Positions 1-12,346 of a stretch of 64,000 nt of DNA are shown here, in pieces. Positions within the stretch are counted from its first letter, which is position 1, and each line of letters begins with the position of its first letter. The stretch comes from Eukaryota sp. GEM-RC1 (Eukaryota). The notes beneath the pieces are model-generated. The model did not search any database and was not told where the DNA came from. It saw only the letters and a list, made by a program, of their open reading frames with translations. A program made the position numbers and the translations under genes. The stretch covers positions 1,612,001 to 1,676,000 of the forward strand of contig JAUFOQ010000017.1 in the NCBI GenBank assembly GCA_040285855.1, in the 5' to 3' direction.

Positions 1-601
1 GTTGTGTAATGAAAGTAGAAGTAACAGATACAGGAAACAAATCCTCCTAATCAACAGGATTCATATCATCGGCAAGATTTTGAAGTGATATAAGCCAGTG
101 ACAAGGAGAATATCGAATGTTGATTAGACCAGAGTAAGGGAAAACGTCACTTAAGTTCAAACCAAAAATCATATAGTATTATACTTTTCAGTTGAATCTA
201 AATGATTCAACACAGCTAGAAACTTGACTTGCCGCTTGGTACCTCTAGCTTTATATTTTTGGGTCATTGATAAATGAAAAACCAATCTAGATGAGAAACA
301 AGACGAGATTGGATATTATTGTTTTTCGATCACAACACAATTTCGAAAAGGAAATTATGAGAGGTGATGTAGAGATATTGATATCTCCTTTGTTGATGCT
401 GATGGTATTCTTTATTTGATTATTTAATAATACGATTGTTGACATGACCGCGTAGAACATTACTGACTTCTAGTTGTAACTACTACATAGTAAGTTCGTC
501 TTGAAACCGAACCAAATTGATGAATGGTGGTTTGAACGGAAACAAACAAACAATTGGCTTGATTGTACAAAAAGAATTTATAACATCATCTTTAAACAAA
601 T

Positions 602-2596
602 CTAACAATGACTAGGAAGTTCGAATTTAGAATCATCAGCAGAGATAACTGAGTGGTTTGTGAGGTAGGAACACTCCATTTCTTCAGTAATCCAGTTGTC
701 TTCACAGAGTTCCAATACAAATCCATCATTTGAAACACAGTTGGTGATATCATCACCCCAACTATTTTGATAAGCATAACGTTTACATGAAACTCCTCCA
801 ATAACGTCATCATCTACATATTGGAAACCACTGGAAGGAATCGGCAAATGGTCAATGAAATCAGCAAGGTCCCAATCCTGGTAGTCAGAGCAGTTTGAAC
901 CATCAAATGAGTACACATCAATACCTGTCAACAAATGATCTTGACCAGCATCTTCCCAAAACAAAAGACCTGAATGAAGGTTGAAACGAGCATTGGCAAA
1001 GGTTTCTCCTTCTCTTTCCAAAGTAGCAGCAAAGAAAAGTTCTTGATGGACAGGCTCAGAAGAACATTCTTCAGGAAGTTGGAAGTTTGCATGGCTGGAA
1101 CTAACTTCCTCGTGATTTGAAAACGTGGTGCACTGTGTACCAATGCAATGTCTAAGTATAAACCCATCTTCAGACAGACAAGTTCTAAAAGTACCAAACA
1201 AGTACTCGTAATTTGTGCATTCAACTCCATTGACTGTTTCAAGGCCAAGAACGTCGTGACTGTCGGCAACAATCATACCCATAACCGTGTTGTCAGTTTC
1301 CCAATCAGATTGACTGGAACACGTGCCATCTTCAACAGAGTAATGAGACCCGTCTTCAAAGAAGTTCTTGATACCATTTTGTTCATAATACAAAATTCCA
1401 TGTTCAAGTTTGTAAAAGGCATTCTCAATAGTTCCGTCATCAGTTTGAGAATCAGCAGAGAACACAAGTACTTGGTCAATAGACTCAGGAAGTACACAGT
1501 GTTCTGGTGGAGTAAATGCAGGATGGGCAGCAGATATTTCTTGATGATTGTTAAACTGGACACACTCGTCAGGTATACAGTGTTCCAAAAGGAATCCATC
1601 GTGGATGCACAAGTCAACAGTAAGTAATGCGAAGTCAGTCCTGAAGATCGTACAAGTCTGACCTAGAACTTCCTTGGTTTCATGGGTGTTAGTGGTGAAC
1701 ATGTTGATCTTCATCGTTAACAAAATGAATATAATGTCTTCTGTAGGATCCTCGACATGGCACATTTCAGGTGTGTGAATATACGTATGCTCTGGCGTGA
1801 AGAGCATAGATCCGTGTCCAGAATCCATTGTCATTTTGAGGTTAAAGAGGTCAACATTAGTATCAGGGTAGGAGTCGTCGGGGGGATAGAAGTCAGCAGT
1901 GAATGCAGTCTTTTGGATTGAAGAACAGTGGTGTTCTAGTGTTAATCTAGCATCGTTGGAAGAAAGTTCTTCGTGATCGGTAAATAGTTGGCAGTTTTCA
2001 GTCAAATCTAGTCCACCATCACAGGTAACTGCAACAAAGCCATCATACAAGCAAACGTAGAGGTCTTCAGCAGGATCAACATTGTAGAGGTCGCACTTAC
2101 TATCTTGGTAATCAAGCTGACCAACTTTCTCATGAACATCAGGGTTTACCTTCATTTTGTTAACAGGTTCAAAACCCAGTTGTTCAAAGAACTCAGGACT
2201 TTCGGGGCCGCACAAATCATCATTGACAATGTAAAGTTCTGATCCATCGGAGAAGAATCCCATTTTAATGGTGATGTTGAGATCAGTTCCTTCGATATCA
2301 AACATCCAGATGCCAGAGTTCAAATTTGCAAATATGGTCATAGAAGATCCTTCATCATGAATATCCGTCATAAACATCTTAAAAGTCATTTTCTGGAAAG
2401 CAACTGGTTCTTCTTCATCGTCGCCCTTACGTTGACCAACTACAACTAGGACCACAATCAGCAGCACTACGGCAGCTAAGGCGATAGCACCGCCTACAAG
2501 GAGTTTCGTCTTTTTCTGCGAGCGATATTCAGGGGGAGCAACTGGCTCAGGATAACTGATCCCCGGGTGCATGGGATTGGATACGTACGTTGACAT
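602..2596 (-). CDS. Type II membrane protein with about four Cys-containing extracellular repeats (possibly ependymin-related/LolA-like beta fold)
   Basis: 694-aa ORF; likely start MSTYV at 2596; TM segment LLVGGAIALAAVVLLIVVLVVVG; repeated motifs SKCDLY / QTCTIF / VECTNY / VSCKRY, each followed by C..DGF.L..C....C..F.NH...F..P..C. Confidence 0.6.
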   Translation of the reverse strand: MSTYVSNPMHPGISYPEPVAPPEYRSQKKTKLLVGGAIALAAVVLLIVVLVVVGQRKGDDEEEPVAFQKMTFKMFMTDIHDEGSSMTIFANLNSGIWMFDIEGTDLNITIKMGFFSDGSELYIVNDDLCGPESPEFFEQLGFEPVNKMKVNPDVHEKVGQLDYQDSKCDLYNVDPAEDLYVCLYDGFVAVTCDGGLDLTENCQLFTDHEELSSNDARLTLEHHCSSIQKTAFTADFYPPDDSYPDTNVDLFNLKMTMDSGHGSMLFTPEHTYIHTPEMCHVEDPTEDIIFILLTMKINMFTTNTHETKEVLGQTCTIFRTDFALLTVDLCIHDGFLLEHCIPDECVQFNNHQEISAAHPAFTPPEHCVLPESIDQVLVFSADSQTDDGTIENAFYKLEHGILYYEQNGIKNFFEDGSHYSVEDGTCSSQSDWETDNTVMGMIVADSHDVLGLETVNGVECTNYEYLFGTFRTCLSEDGFILRHCIGTQCTTFSNHEEVSSSHANFQLPEECSSEPVHQELFFAATLEREGETFANARFNLHSGLLFWEDAGQDHLLTGIDVYSFDGSNCSDYQDWDLADFIDHLPIPSSGFQYVDDDVIGGVSCKRYAYQNSWGDDITNCVSNDGFVLELCEDNWITEEMECSYLTNHSVISADDSKFELPSHC

Positions 2597-3386
2597 GGGA
2601 TGTAACGTGGATGGATGAAGATGACTATTAGTCAATCTTTTCGATTGACAAATTGAATGGCAACCCTCCGATATTCCATTTTTCATCTTAGTTTTACTTC
2701 AACCTCTCATTAGAGAAAGCTCGTGCCAGTTTCAACCTCCATTTGCACCAGTAAAGTCCATGGAAGATTTTGGAAGGATGAGTTTCAAAAAGGTTTAAAG
2801 ATGCACTAGTGAGAAATGATGTCTTGTTTTCTTGTAGTCATCTTCACGAGATGACTAGTAATATGTGTGGGTGTTTGAAGGGTTCTTCAATGGTCTAAAA
2901 GGGAATACATTTGGGGTAATAGTTTTGCATTATTTTAGACCGATTAACAGTATGTCTAAATCAATTAACGTCATCAATTCCCTTTCTGACTTGGAGGTTC
3001 TAGTAAGTTCAGTTGCAGATGTGGTCTGAACTACGAACTATAAATTGGATCTAAACTCAAACAGATAAGGTAAAATGCACGATTCATTGCAATTCCCAAT
3101 TTTTAAGAAATTGTTTTGACTAGGAGAAACACAGTTAATTAATCTGCTATAACACTGTAGTTGGGATCAATGAATGTTTGAAACATCAAAGTACAACTGT
3201 ATTTGATAGGAGATTGTAATGATGAGTTGATCTTGGAAAGATAAAGTTCAATTGTTGAGCACGAAGCCCAGTCAGGAACATTGGGACGATGAATTAATGC
3301 CAATTGGTAGCATAAATATAGATCAATGATGAACAATGCAAAAACGAAAACCTCTTCAATTGTCAGTTTCTTTTAGAAACTGAACC

Positions 3387-5692
3387 ATGGGCAATAGGTC
3401 CATCCGCAGAGCCTTTCTTCGTTTAGATTCTGATAAAACTGGTGAGCTTACTCTTGAACAAATCCTTTCTGTTGAACGCCTTCCTGGAGTTGGCCCTGGC
3501 TTTTCTCACTCTCTCCTTACACTTGCTTTCTTCGATAAAAAGTCAAACAGGATCACTTAATCTTGAAGAATTTACTGCTCTTGTACGACATCTCCAACAG
3601 GTCAATCCCTCAGTTAGCTCCCGTCTCTTCCTCTTCTGCTGTCACTGCCGTCTTCCCCATACATCTTCCTCTCCATACCAGCCCCATGAAGAGTCCACCA
3701 TCTTTTTGAACCGGGATATCCGTCCTTCAAAGTCTCTCTGCAACTCTCAATGGTCACAAGCTATCGAACACGTTTCCTCTCTCTCCAACACCTCCGTCTC
3801 CCCCACTCCTTCTCGCTCCAACTCTATCCCGGGAACTGGCTTGGACGATAAGCTGATCACATTGGAAATGACAGCGGCCAACCACCGTGCTTCAAGTGAG
3901 AGTCTATTTGATTCTCACTTTTTGGCCGCTGGAAACGAACAACAACATGATTTCTGGTCTTTTATTAAAGATAATATTCATCAAGGATCTGAAGAGAGAA
4001 AGAAAGTTATCGACTGGATGTTTAAACTTGCCGCATTCAATGACCAATCATCAGTCGGAAATGACGAATTAGGCAAGTTCCTGGCTATCGTTAACTTCGA
4101 CGGAATTCCCTTGAATTCCCTCCTCTTTTCCTCTGATGAGCCCAATCCAGAGGATCCGAGCAACCCTGATGCTGTCCCTTTGCGAATTAGGGAAGTTTTG
4201 GAAGAGTTTGATTTGACTGGTGACGGGAGATTGACAAAAGATGAGTTCTTTAGACTTGCCGATTTGGTTTTGTCTGAGTTTGAGCTTGCCAAAACAAAGA
4301 GTATGAAGGTTTTATCCAAATTAGGAAGGTATGTCGTCAGCAGAACGATTGGATTTGGAGCTCAGGCAGTTGTAAAGTTGGCTTTTGACCCGGTTGAGAA
4401 TGAATATAGAGCAGTAAAGATCATTAAGAAACGCAACGAAGCAGCAATCACTTCTGTTGAAAACGAGGTCAAAGCTCTTAATGCTTTAAATCATCCAAAT
4501 ATTGTCAAAATATTCAATATTATTGAATCCGACGACTTTGTTTTCCTTGTCTTAGAATTAGCTTCTGGAGGAACTCTATTTGATTATTTTACTACCATGA
4601 GTACGGACGAGAATACCGTTAGATACTATTTTAGACAGATTGTGGACGCCCTCGAACATTGTCATAACAACAATATCGTTCATCGAGACTTAAGAATGGA
4701 AAACCTGCTAGTGGATGAGTTTGGAAATTTAAAAATGAATGACTTTGGGCACGCAGGATTCTTCAAAGATTCATCCTGGGATTTGTTCTCGACCACTGAC
4801 GCTGGCAGTATCTATCATCTTTGCCCAGAACAATGCAAAGGACTTACCTATTCTGGAAGGAAACGTGACATTTGGTCTTTGGGTGTCGTTTTGTTCTCTT
4901 TGTTGTCAAGAAGAAGGCCTTTTGATTCTGAGCACATTCCCACTTTGGTTAATCACATTGTCAATGGTATTTATTCCATTCCCCCCTGACATGTCTATTC
5001 TTGCTGCTGATCTCCTTGGCTCAATGCTCTCGTTGAATCCTGACGACCGTCCCTCAATCGCAACGGTGAAACGTCATCCCTTTATGTGGGGGGAAGTCAA
5101 CGTACCTGCTTTAGCTCTTGGTGACGTGGAGATTCCAAAGGTGTTGGTAATGGATAGAACTATTGAAAAGGAGAAGTTTCTTTGGAAAATGGTGTTACAG
5201 ATTTGCGCTGATATGGGCATGACGGTATCGGAATCTAAATCATCATCGTCCTTTCTAAGTTCAGAACTTTATGAAGCTCCGGTTACTCTGAATTATCCTA
5301 AACTAGAGATGGTCGTTAAATATTGTCGAAGATGTTGTTCTCTCTGTGCTGATTATCCAAAGAAAGATTTAAAACTAGAACATTTGCCAATATATCCATC
5401 GACTGTGCTTGAGATTGGAAATCACGCACTTCCTAGTTGCTTTTCTTGTAATATGGTTGTTCATTTGGAATTGAAGAAGGGTCATAGTTGGAGCTTTCAT
5501 AAGCTTTATTTTAGATTCCGAAACTCACTTAATGTAAAATTTGAAGAACTAGAAGTTGAATTATTCCAAAATCTGCCTTTTCTCGAGGAAAGTCACCCGG
5601 TATCTCACTTTAAAGCTAAGAAAATAAGGCCGCGAACACTTCACATGCGTGAATTATCTTTACTTTTCAAAAATCTAATGATCCTCAAATAG
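3387..5692 (+). CDS. EF-hand-containing CAMK/SNF1-like Ser/Thr protein kinase (frameshifts near 3510 and at the C-run 4981-4987)
   Basis: ATG at 3387 gives MGNRS...DSDKTGELTLEQ (EF-hand); further EF-hands including DLTGDGRLTKDEF; kinase motifs GFGAQAVV, AVK, HRDLRMEN, DFG, DIWSLG; the C-terminal lobe continues in ORF 4739..5692. Confidence 0.85.
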
Positions 5693-5699
5693 AAAATGT

Positions 5700-7768
5700 T
5701 CAAGGTGACTGAGTTTTGGAAACTTGTTGGACAGCTTGTGAATTAAATTCTAGTATAGTTTTAAATATCGGAAGAGTTTCAGAAATTTTGGTTAATTCTT
5801 TAAATGTGGCCAAATGTTGGTAGAGGGGTGCAAAATTTTGAAATTTCTGAACTGTAGGTGACTCATGTATAGACAAATCAATATCCTGTTGTGGAGATAT
5901 GTCATAAAATATTGATAGAATTGTTGAAGTTAAGACATCATCAGTGTCTATCCGATTAACCAAAATTTTGATTATTGGTTCAAATAATGAGTGTCGAATG
6001 ACGTGATTGATCACGAATTCATCACTGATTAATAAAAACTTTTTAAACATTCGTAACCACTTCAATTTTGACAGTTTCTGTCGAGCTTGTAACAACAATG
6101 AAGTTTTAACAAGCAAATTGTCTTGAAGGAATAATACTTTAACCTTATAATTTGATTTAAACTTCGACTGATTCAAAAGAATTGACAAAATATCAGTAGC
6201 ATAAGACAAAGTTAAGGAATCCGGCAAGGAACATAGGTTGATTGCAGAGGAAATCAAAGGTAAAGTGCACGTGTGAAATGTGGAGGTGAATTCTGTAGAG
6301 GTAGAAGTATCAGAAGCATAAGATGAAACATCGAGAACAATGCTTAAAATTTCCAATATTTGATTTTTGATTGAAAGGACTCCAGCCACTTCCTCAATCG
6401 AAGATTCTAGAACAATCTTGACTAAAGTATTTAATAAAACCGGAGCTTCCGTCTTTGAAAAACTAGCTTGTTGGGAATCACCGAAAAGGAAGGTACGGAC
6501 ATGATCTTTCTAATACGAGTGTATGAGAGATGAACCAAATTTCTCAATATTTCAATAATTATTAATGAATATTTGACCAATGTCGACATTGAAGTACTGG
6601 GAGATAATAGTTTGAGCAAAATATTCTCTAAGATAACGAAAAAATCCATACGGTCAAGAAAATCAACCACCAAATCAGCCTCGTCAGTAGAGATCAAACA
6701 CTTTCCCAAGTAGGAAAGTTCTAACACAGCATTGAGTGCAAACTCACATTCATCGTTTTCAAAATTTAAAAACTTTTGTATTTCTCCCAAAATTGAATCT
6801 ACAAATTCACTTGATGTGCTAGATAGAGCTAGAACAAGTTCCCGTTGGAGATTAACAACAAAAGAGGAAAAGACTCGCAGTGACCGACTCCTCAACAGAA
6901 ATTGAAAAAATGACATCTTTTAAAAAATTGACATTTAAATATTTTTGATAGAGATTCAAGGCTTCAGGAGATAATTTAAAATTGAGAGGATTGTTAATGG
7001 TTGACAATTGAGCGGTGTAATTACTACGCTGACTAGATGCAATGCTGGGATCATGACTAGCAATTGTACAAAAATTTAAAAATATATCTTCTGAAGATAA
7101 TAAATTAAAAAAGTCATACCGAAGACTTTTGCAAAGATTTCTGACCATGAAGCAGTAATTAAGAACGTATCCAATTTGATTCTCATCCATCAATGACAAA
7201 TTCACTTCAATATCATCAGAAGTTGGAATCAAACCCAAGACTAAACTAGTCAGATTCTTGAAATACACCTGCTCAATAGAGAAGGTCAACGCTAGTTGAT
7301 AGATACCGATGTGGGAGTCCATCATTGCCACTAAATCAGCCAATACATCAAGAGAAACGGGAGGGAGAGGAAGAGGTTCAGGTTCAAAGACCTGGAACTC
7401 GGGGATGTCCTCAGGGAGATAGTCAGAAGAGAAGACATTGGGATCGAGGATGTGGTTGAAAGAGGTGGCTATCGGAGGAACGATGGATTTGGTAGAGTCA
7501 GAAGAATCAAATACTAGAGCAAAGAAAAGAGGAGGATCATCAGAGGAAGTTTGCCAGCTGAATATTGTGGGTTCAACAGAGGTATGTTCCCACGAGGGAA
7601 TAACTGAGTTGATGAGAAGTTCATGGTTGGGTAAAGAAATGACAGTAATACGGTGATCCGAGGGAGCATAAGAGACATGTCCTTCACCAAAAAACTCCCA
7701 CTCGTTTTGATTGTGTGAAATGTAACAAGAAACAAACGGACCAGTTGGTTCAGATCCTATGCTGTCAT
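5700..7768 (-). CDS. PP4 regulatory subunit 3 (SMEK/Psy2)-like protein, split over several ORFs
   Basis: Consecutive minus ORFs 5700-6389, 6431-6916, 6852-7343 and 7514-7735 with motifs YLNVNFLKDVI, IRHSLFEPII and LTSTILSIF resembling the SMK-1/PP4R3 family; start approximate. Confidence 0.6.
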
Positions 7769-7841
7769 TTGGTATTTGGTCTACAGAAAAGGGTCTTGAC
7801 CAAGAGACATTTTTGAGAAAGTAAAAACGTCTCTTACATCC

Positions 7842-8438
7842 ATGGGCTCTCTCTTTTCTAAAGTCTTCTCTCGCCTTTTCTCACAGGAAGAAGTACGCTT
7901 CCTTCTTGTTGGTATATTATCTTTGAATATCCCCTGACTTTCAGGACTTGACAGTGCTGGCAAAACTACTATTCTATACCGCCTTCGAGACAATGAAACT
8001 TATGATACAATCCCCACAATTGGGTTCAATGTGGAGGAGCTGAAGTTCCGCAATCTCAACTTCACGTGCTATGACGTCGGTGGACAAGACAAAATTCGAC
8101 CACTATGGCGTCACTATTTCTCAAGAACGGAAGCTATTATCTTTGTGATTGATTCCTCAGATGAAGCGAGATTTCCTGATGCCAAAGCAGAACTTCATCG
8201 AATGATGGAAGAAAATGACTTAGCAGATGCAGTGTTACTTGTTTTAGCCAATAAGCAGGATCTACCTACCGCTCACACTGCTGATGAGATTTCACAACAG
8301 CTTGACCTTGACTCACTTCGAGGCCACTCATGGTACATACATGGAACTTGTGCAACCAAGGGTGAAGGTCTGACAGATGCTTTTGAGTGGCTAACAACAC
8401 AGATTGAGCAAAGGAAGCGAGAACGTCGTCGTAGGTAA
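7842..8438 (+). CDS. ARF: ADP-ribosylation factor family GTPase; one 33-nt intron at 7912-7944
   Basis: MGSLFSK myristoylation start; GLDSAGKTT (spliced), [30 protein letters not shown]; intron GTATAT...TTTCAG. Confidence 0.93.
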
Positions 8439-9255
8439 AGTTTGGTTAGATTTGTAGATTATTCCGGAGCATTGTATGATTTATTAAGATCATCAATAAA
8501 TGGCTTTCCGCCTTGTTAACAAATATTTTCATTGTTATTTTTATTACTGAAGAGTACCAAGCTGTCAAAGTCATCATAGAGCTGCAGAGCTGGGCTGTAC
8601 ATAGAATATTTTTAGACCATATAGATTTTGTACTTGTCTTGCTGTTTCTGTTCCATATAGTATAAAACAAGATCTTGGGAAAATGATTGGTATTTCCCTA
8701 AGATGCATAAGATTCACTGTTTTCAACATAAGTAAGTACACAGTGTGCAACAAGAATCATTTAGACAGGAAGCCTAAATGATGACAGTTGATACAATTCA
8801 TGTGCAATCATGGCCGAGTTGAAAACTACAGACTGTTGATCGTCGTCATTCGATCAGTATATTACTTTTGAAATTACTAGTACAGTTAAATACTTACTGT
8901 TGGAGAACGAAGTAAAATGGCAGGATTTCTGAATTCGTTGATAAAATTTCACCTTTATTATTCTTCAACAAGTACATTACACTGGTTTGTCTAATTAGTC
9001 TCAGTTGGACTAATTAGAATTTCATCAGAATTCCATTTATATTCGTCGGAGAAAATAACAACAGGGTCCTGAGGGATGTGTGCGTGAACGAAATTGCTGC
9101 AATGATTGGCTATGAAGAGAAACATGAGAATAATCCATAAAGCTAGGGCATAGGAAACAGAAAAAATAATAGCAAGAGATACAGAGTTGGAATAAAACAA
9201 TTTTACACCATGTAGTATTCATTCCAACTATTTTCGGAGCATTCGGATTCCATGA

Positions 9256-9337
9256 GCAACTGTGGTCGAGGGGTTAAGACGTTACACTTGAAATGTAATG
9301 GGAATTTCCCGCGTGAGTTCGAATCTCACCGGTTGCG
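9256..9337 (+). tRNA. tRNA-Ser (anticodon UGA)
   Basis: Acceptor GCAACTG/CGGTTGC; anticodon arm TTACA-CTTGAAA-TGTAA; long variable arm GGGAATTTCCC; T-arm GTGAG-TTCGAAT-CTCAC. Confidence 0.93.
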
Positions 9338-9570
9338 AATTTTAACTATTCGATTTTTTGCTCATCACCTATTATCCAACGTTGACTACCGGTACATTGT
9401 TCTAGTAATAATTCTCCTTTCAAGTACCATCTCCAAAATAGTTGTTCTCCAGAACAATCAGGATTTTGTGGAACCTCGTTGGTTCAAATTCTGTATTGAA
9501 AACAGCTCTGTAGTGTTACATTTAATATTACTCTGCTAGTTTGTTACTTGTCTGTTAATATACTAGTATG

Positions 9571-9680
9571 TTTATTCGGTACCCAAAAAGGTGATATTCC
9601 TCCAAAAATATGAATTTGTAAAAACAAACAAATAATACTGCCCTTTTTCAACACCAATATTAACACCAAACTTGTGTAAC
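9571..9680 (-). mobile_element. Degenerate 3' end of the CRE-like non-LTR retrotransposon
   Basis: TTTATTCGGTACCC...TATGAATTTGTAAAAACAAACAAATAATACT...ACACCAAACTTGT matches the termini at 32915, 53923 and 62018. Confidence 0.65.
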
Positions 9681-10110
9681 TGAATTCGGTACGGATGAAA
9701 TATATTAGGGTTTTTAAAGGTCACTTGATACTGTGGACCAATGACGTCATGTGATTTTCAGGTCTTGCTCACTGTTAAACAATTCTAAAATAGATCAGCA
9801 CGTACCGATACTACATACCGATTGATTCCTCACCCACACGTTTCCTTATGATGACAACTGAATATCCCGTGAACAAACAGAAAAATGAGCTACGTCTAAT
9901 CTTAAAGAATGCAAATTAAATCCGACATTTCTTCTTAAACACAAGCATTTTCATCGTAAGAAAGAACTTTTGTCTGTGAAATTAAGAAATTAGTCGTTTA
10001 AAAATGTATTTTGATGTTGACACAAAAACAAAATTAAATAGAATTTCAATAAATGAAACTGTATACAATAAAAATTAAAACAAAAAAGACTACCAAAGAG
10101 TAATAATCGT

Positions 10111-11736
10111 TTAAGATTCTAAACCCTTTCTCAACACTAAGTTCATAATCTGTTGGTGGTAGTCGTGATAACTCAATCCCGAATCACGATCCCTAGATTC
10201 CAATCGATCAATTTCTTCAACTGAATTGATTGTTTCGGTATCAACAATTGATTGAAACTTATCAGACTGATTGTTGAGCTTCATTAATAACTTGTCGTTG
10301 ATTGAAGCCTGTTCACTGCCCATTTTGATGAATTGAGCATCGTGATCGTCCGAGGTGTCAATTTGTCGTTTGAACTTCTGAAACGGCAGGTTTCCATTCA
10401 GAACATCATCAATCAATTCAGATATACTTTCCCGATAATGAGTCGTACCATGAGAAAGATCTAATAAGTGAGCCACATCAGTAAACTCTTTCCTTAACAG
10501 GAGTAAGGTCAAATCTCTGATTGATGACGATGCATTCTGATCTATGTTTCGTCTGACGTTCGAGGCAATCACATCTGGAACAGGAAGGTTTTCCTTAAGA
10601 AAGAGACCACCTTGAATACAAAGGTCGTCGAAATAATTTAAAAGAGTTGAGAATTCTGGCTGATTCAAAGCTGGACATCGATTGAAGCAACAAAAAATCA
10701 TGAAAATTTCAAGAAAGTCAAGAGTTTTCAAAGAGATTCCGTTCAAATGATTGGACTGTACATCGACACATCTGAGCTCTACATAATCAACTCCATTGGT
10801 TTTAAGTAAATCGACAGTGTTCCATGATTGAATTTCAGCATCTATTTCATTTTTAATTCCGTCCGTGTTGGTGTTTTTTAGTCTAACAATTGAATAAAAC
10901 TCAGCAGGAACTTGTAGTAAATTAGGACTCAGAACATCAGTTTTGCCTGCAAAGTTTGAACTTTCTTCAAGACAACCTTCCTCCAAGATAGCAATGTAGT
11001 CTTGAAGAGAATTTACTGGTCGATCTAGAATAGAAGAGGCGGGATTTCGATATCCATACTTACTAGATCGAAGTGAGATCGCGTGGGGGAGATCGCGTGG
11101 TTGGTCAGATTGGGGGAAGTAAGAAGAGTGGAGGTAAGGGCTGTTACCGGTAAGAAGAACAAGTAGAAATGAGAAAAGGTTGACGTTCTTATAGCAGTTG
11201 ACGTATACAATGTTACGGGCTTCAGTACCTGGTTTATGGCAGAGATGATTGAGGATAGACGGAGGAAGGGAGAAATTGAAGTGGATTCCTGCTAACAACT
11301 GGCAATGGTTAGCTGTGTACCTAGAGGTAAGTGAATTGCGGTAAGATTTCTTAAAGAGGGCTGAGAACGATGTGCCAAACTCAGCCACTGGAACGTTTGG
11401 GGTAACTAACGTTGGAGCACTGAACGGCCAAAAGTAATCTAGTGGATGGGCATCAGACACTGTTTGTAACAAGGTAGACAGAAACTCCATGACATCTTCA
11501 TTTGATGTCATCGGAGGGGTAACAACTTCTTCTAGTGCTTCAGCATAGTCAAGTTTCAGATATTTATGGGTATGAGGTGATCCCAAGATCGATGCATGTC
11601 TAGCCTCCGAAATACTTCCAGATGGGTTTACACGGAGGGTTTCACGCTCCACACCCTTGCGGATATCTTTCAGATAAGGAACAAGGCCTCGGTCAAGGAG
11701 GAATTGTGAGACAGGAACGATACAACAAGATGGCAT
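10111..11736 (-). CDS. gshA: Glutamate-cysteine ligase, bacterial GshA/GshF-N type
   Basis: Intact 541-aa ORF with GVERETLRV, DYAEALEEVVTPP, GIHFNFS, SLRSSKYGY, EFYSIVRLK, GVDYVELRCVDV. Confidence 0.9.
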   Translation of the reverse strand: MPSCCIVPVSQFLLDRGLVPYLKDIRKGVERETLRVNPSGSISEARHASILGSPHTHKYLKLDYAEALEEVVTPPMTSNEDVMEFLSTLLQTVSDAHPLDYFWPFSAPTLVTPNVPVAEFGTSFSALFKKSYRNSLTSRYTANHCQLLAGIHFNFSLPPSILNHLCHKPGTEARNIVYVNCYKNVNLFSFLLVLLTGNSPYLHSSYFPQSDQPRDLPHAISLRSSKYGYRNPASSILDRPVNSLQDYIAILEEGCLEESSNFAGKTDVLSPNLLQVPAEFYSIVRLKNTNTDGIKNEIDAEIQSWNTVDLLKTNGVDYVELRCVDVQSNHLNGISLKTLDFLEIFMIFCCFNRCPALNQPEFSTLLNYFDDLCIQGGLFLKENLPVPDVIASNVRRNIDQNASSSIRDLTLLLLRKEFTDVAHLLDLSHGTTHYRESISELIDDVLNGNLPFQKFKRQIDTSDDHDAQFIKMGSEQASINDKLLMKLNNQSDKFQSIVDTETINSVEEIDRLESRDRDSGLSYHDYHQQIMNLVLRKGLES

Positions 11737-12346
11737 TTCTCCAAAAAAGGAAAGAGTTCAAAGAAGTTTTATGACCAATAGCAATCTTTATAACCAAGAT
11801 AACCTACTTTTCCAACATTCTTACTAAGATTGAGTTTAATCTCGTTCAGATTAACAACCGTTGAAAACTCTGTAGACAGAATCTATAGCTGAGAACAAAA
11901 TCTATGTCCAATTATTTGGGCTGTTTTACACGAACGTCATTCAAACAAAAATCAATCAGAACTTGAACTTTGTGGTTGAATAATCATTCCTGACTCCAGT
12001 TAAATCGACATAACACATAGAACTTTCGTTCAATAGTTAGACTGATTCATGTGCTTTATTATGTCCTTTAGCTTTCTTGACAATTTAAACACCCATTGTT
12101 AAAAGAGACATGGTAGATTGATCAGCAAAATTGTGTCCCTCCCATTTCTAGCGAAAAAGACAATCGTTCAGTCAAGAATTTGTGTACAATACAGTAATAT
12201 GGATATGGAATTGATGTACGTTTAACTAGCACACAGTTCATTGAGGGAGATTGGGTAAAGAGTTTGTTTTGCATGAGTTATGGTGCTAATCAGTAAGAGT
12301 TCACCTAAACTCCTCTCCAGAACTAATAATCTCTATTCATAGATCA

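Noticed and set aside
8446..9222. Possible fragmented membrane-protein gene on the minus strand
   Set aside because: Only short ORFs with no recognisable family; no gene model could be supported.
9256..9337. Selenocysteine or suppressor tRNA
   Set aside because: The anticodon is UGA (reads UCA, Ser), not UCA; it has a normal 7-bp acceptor stem.
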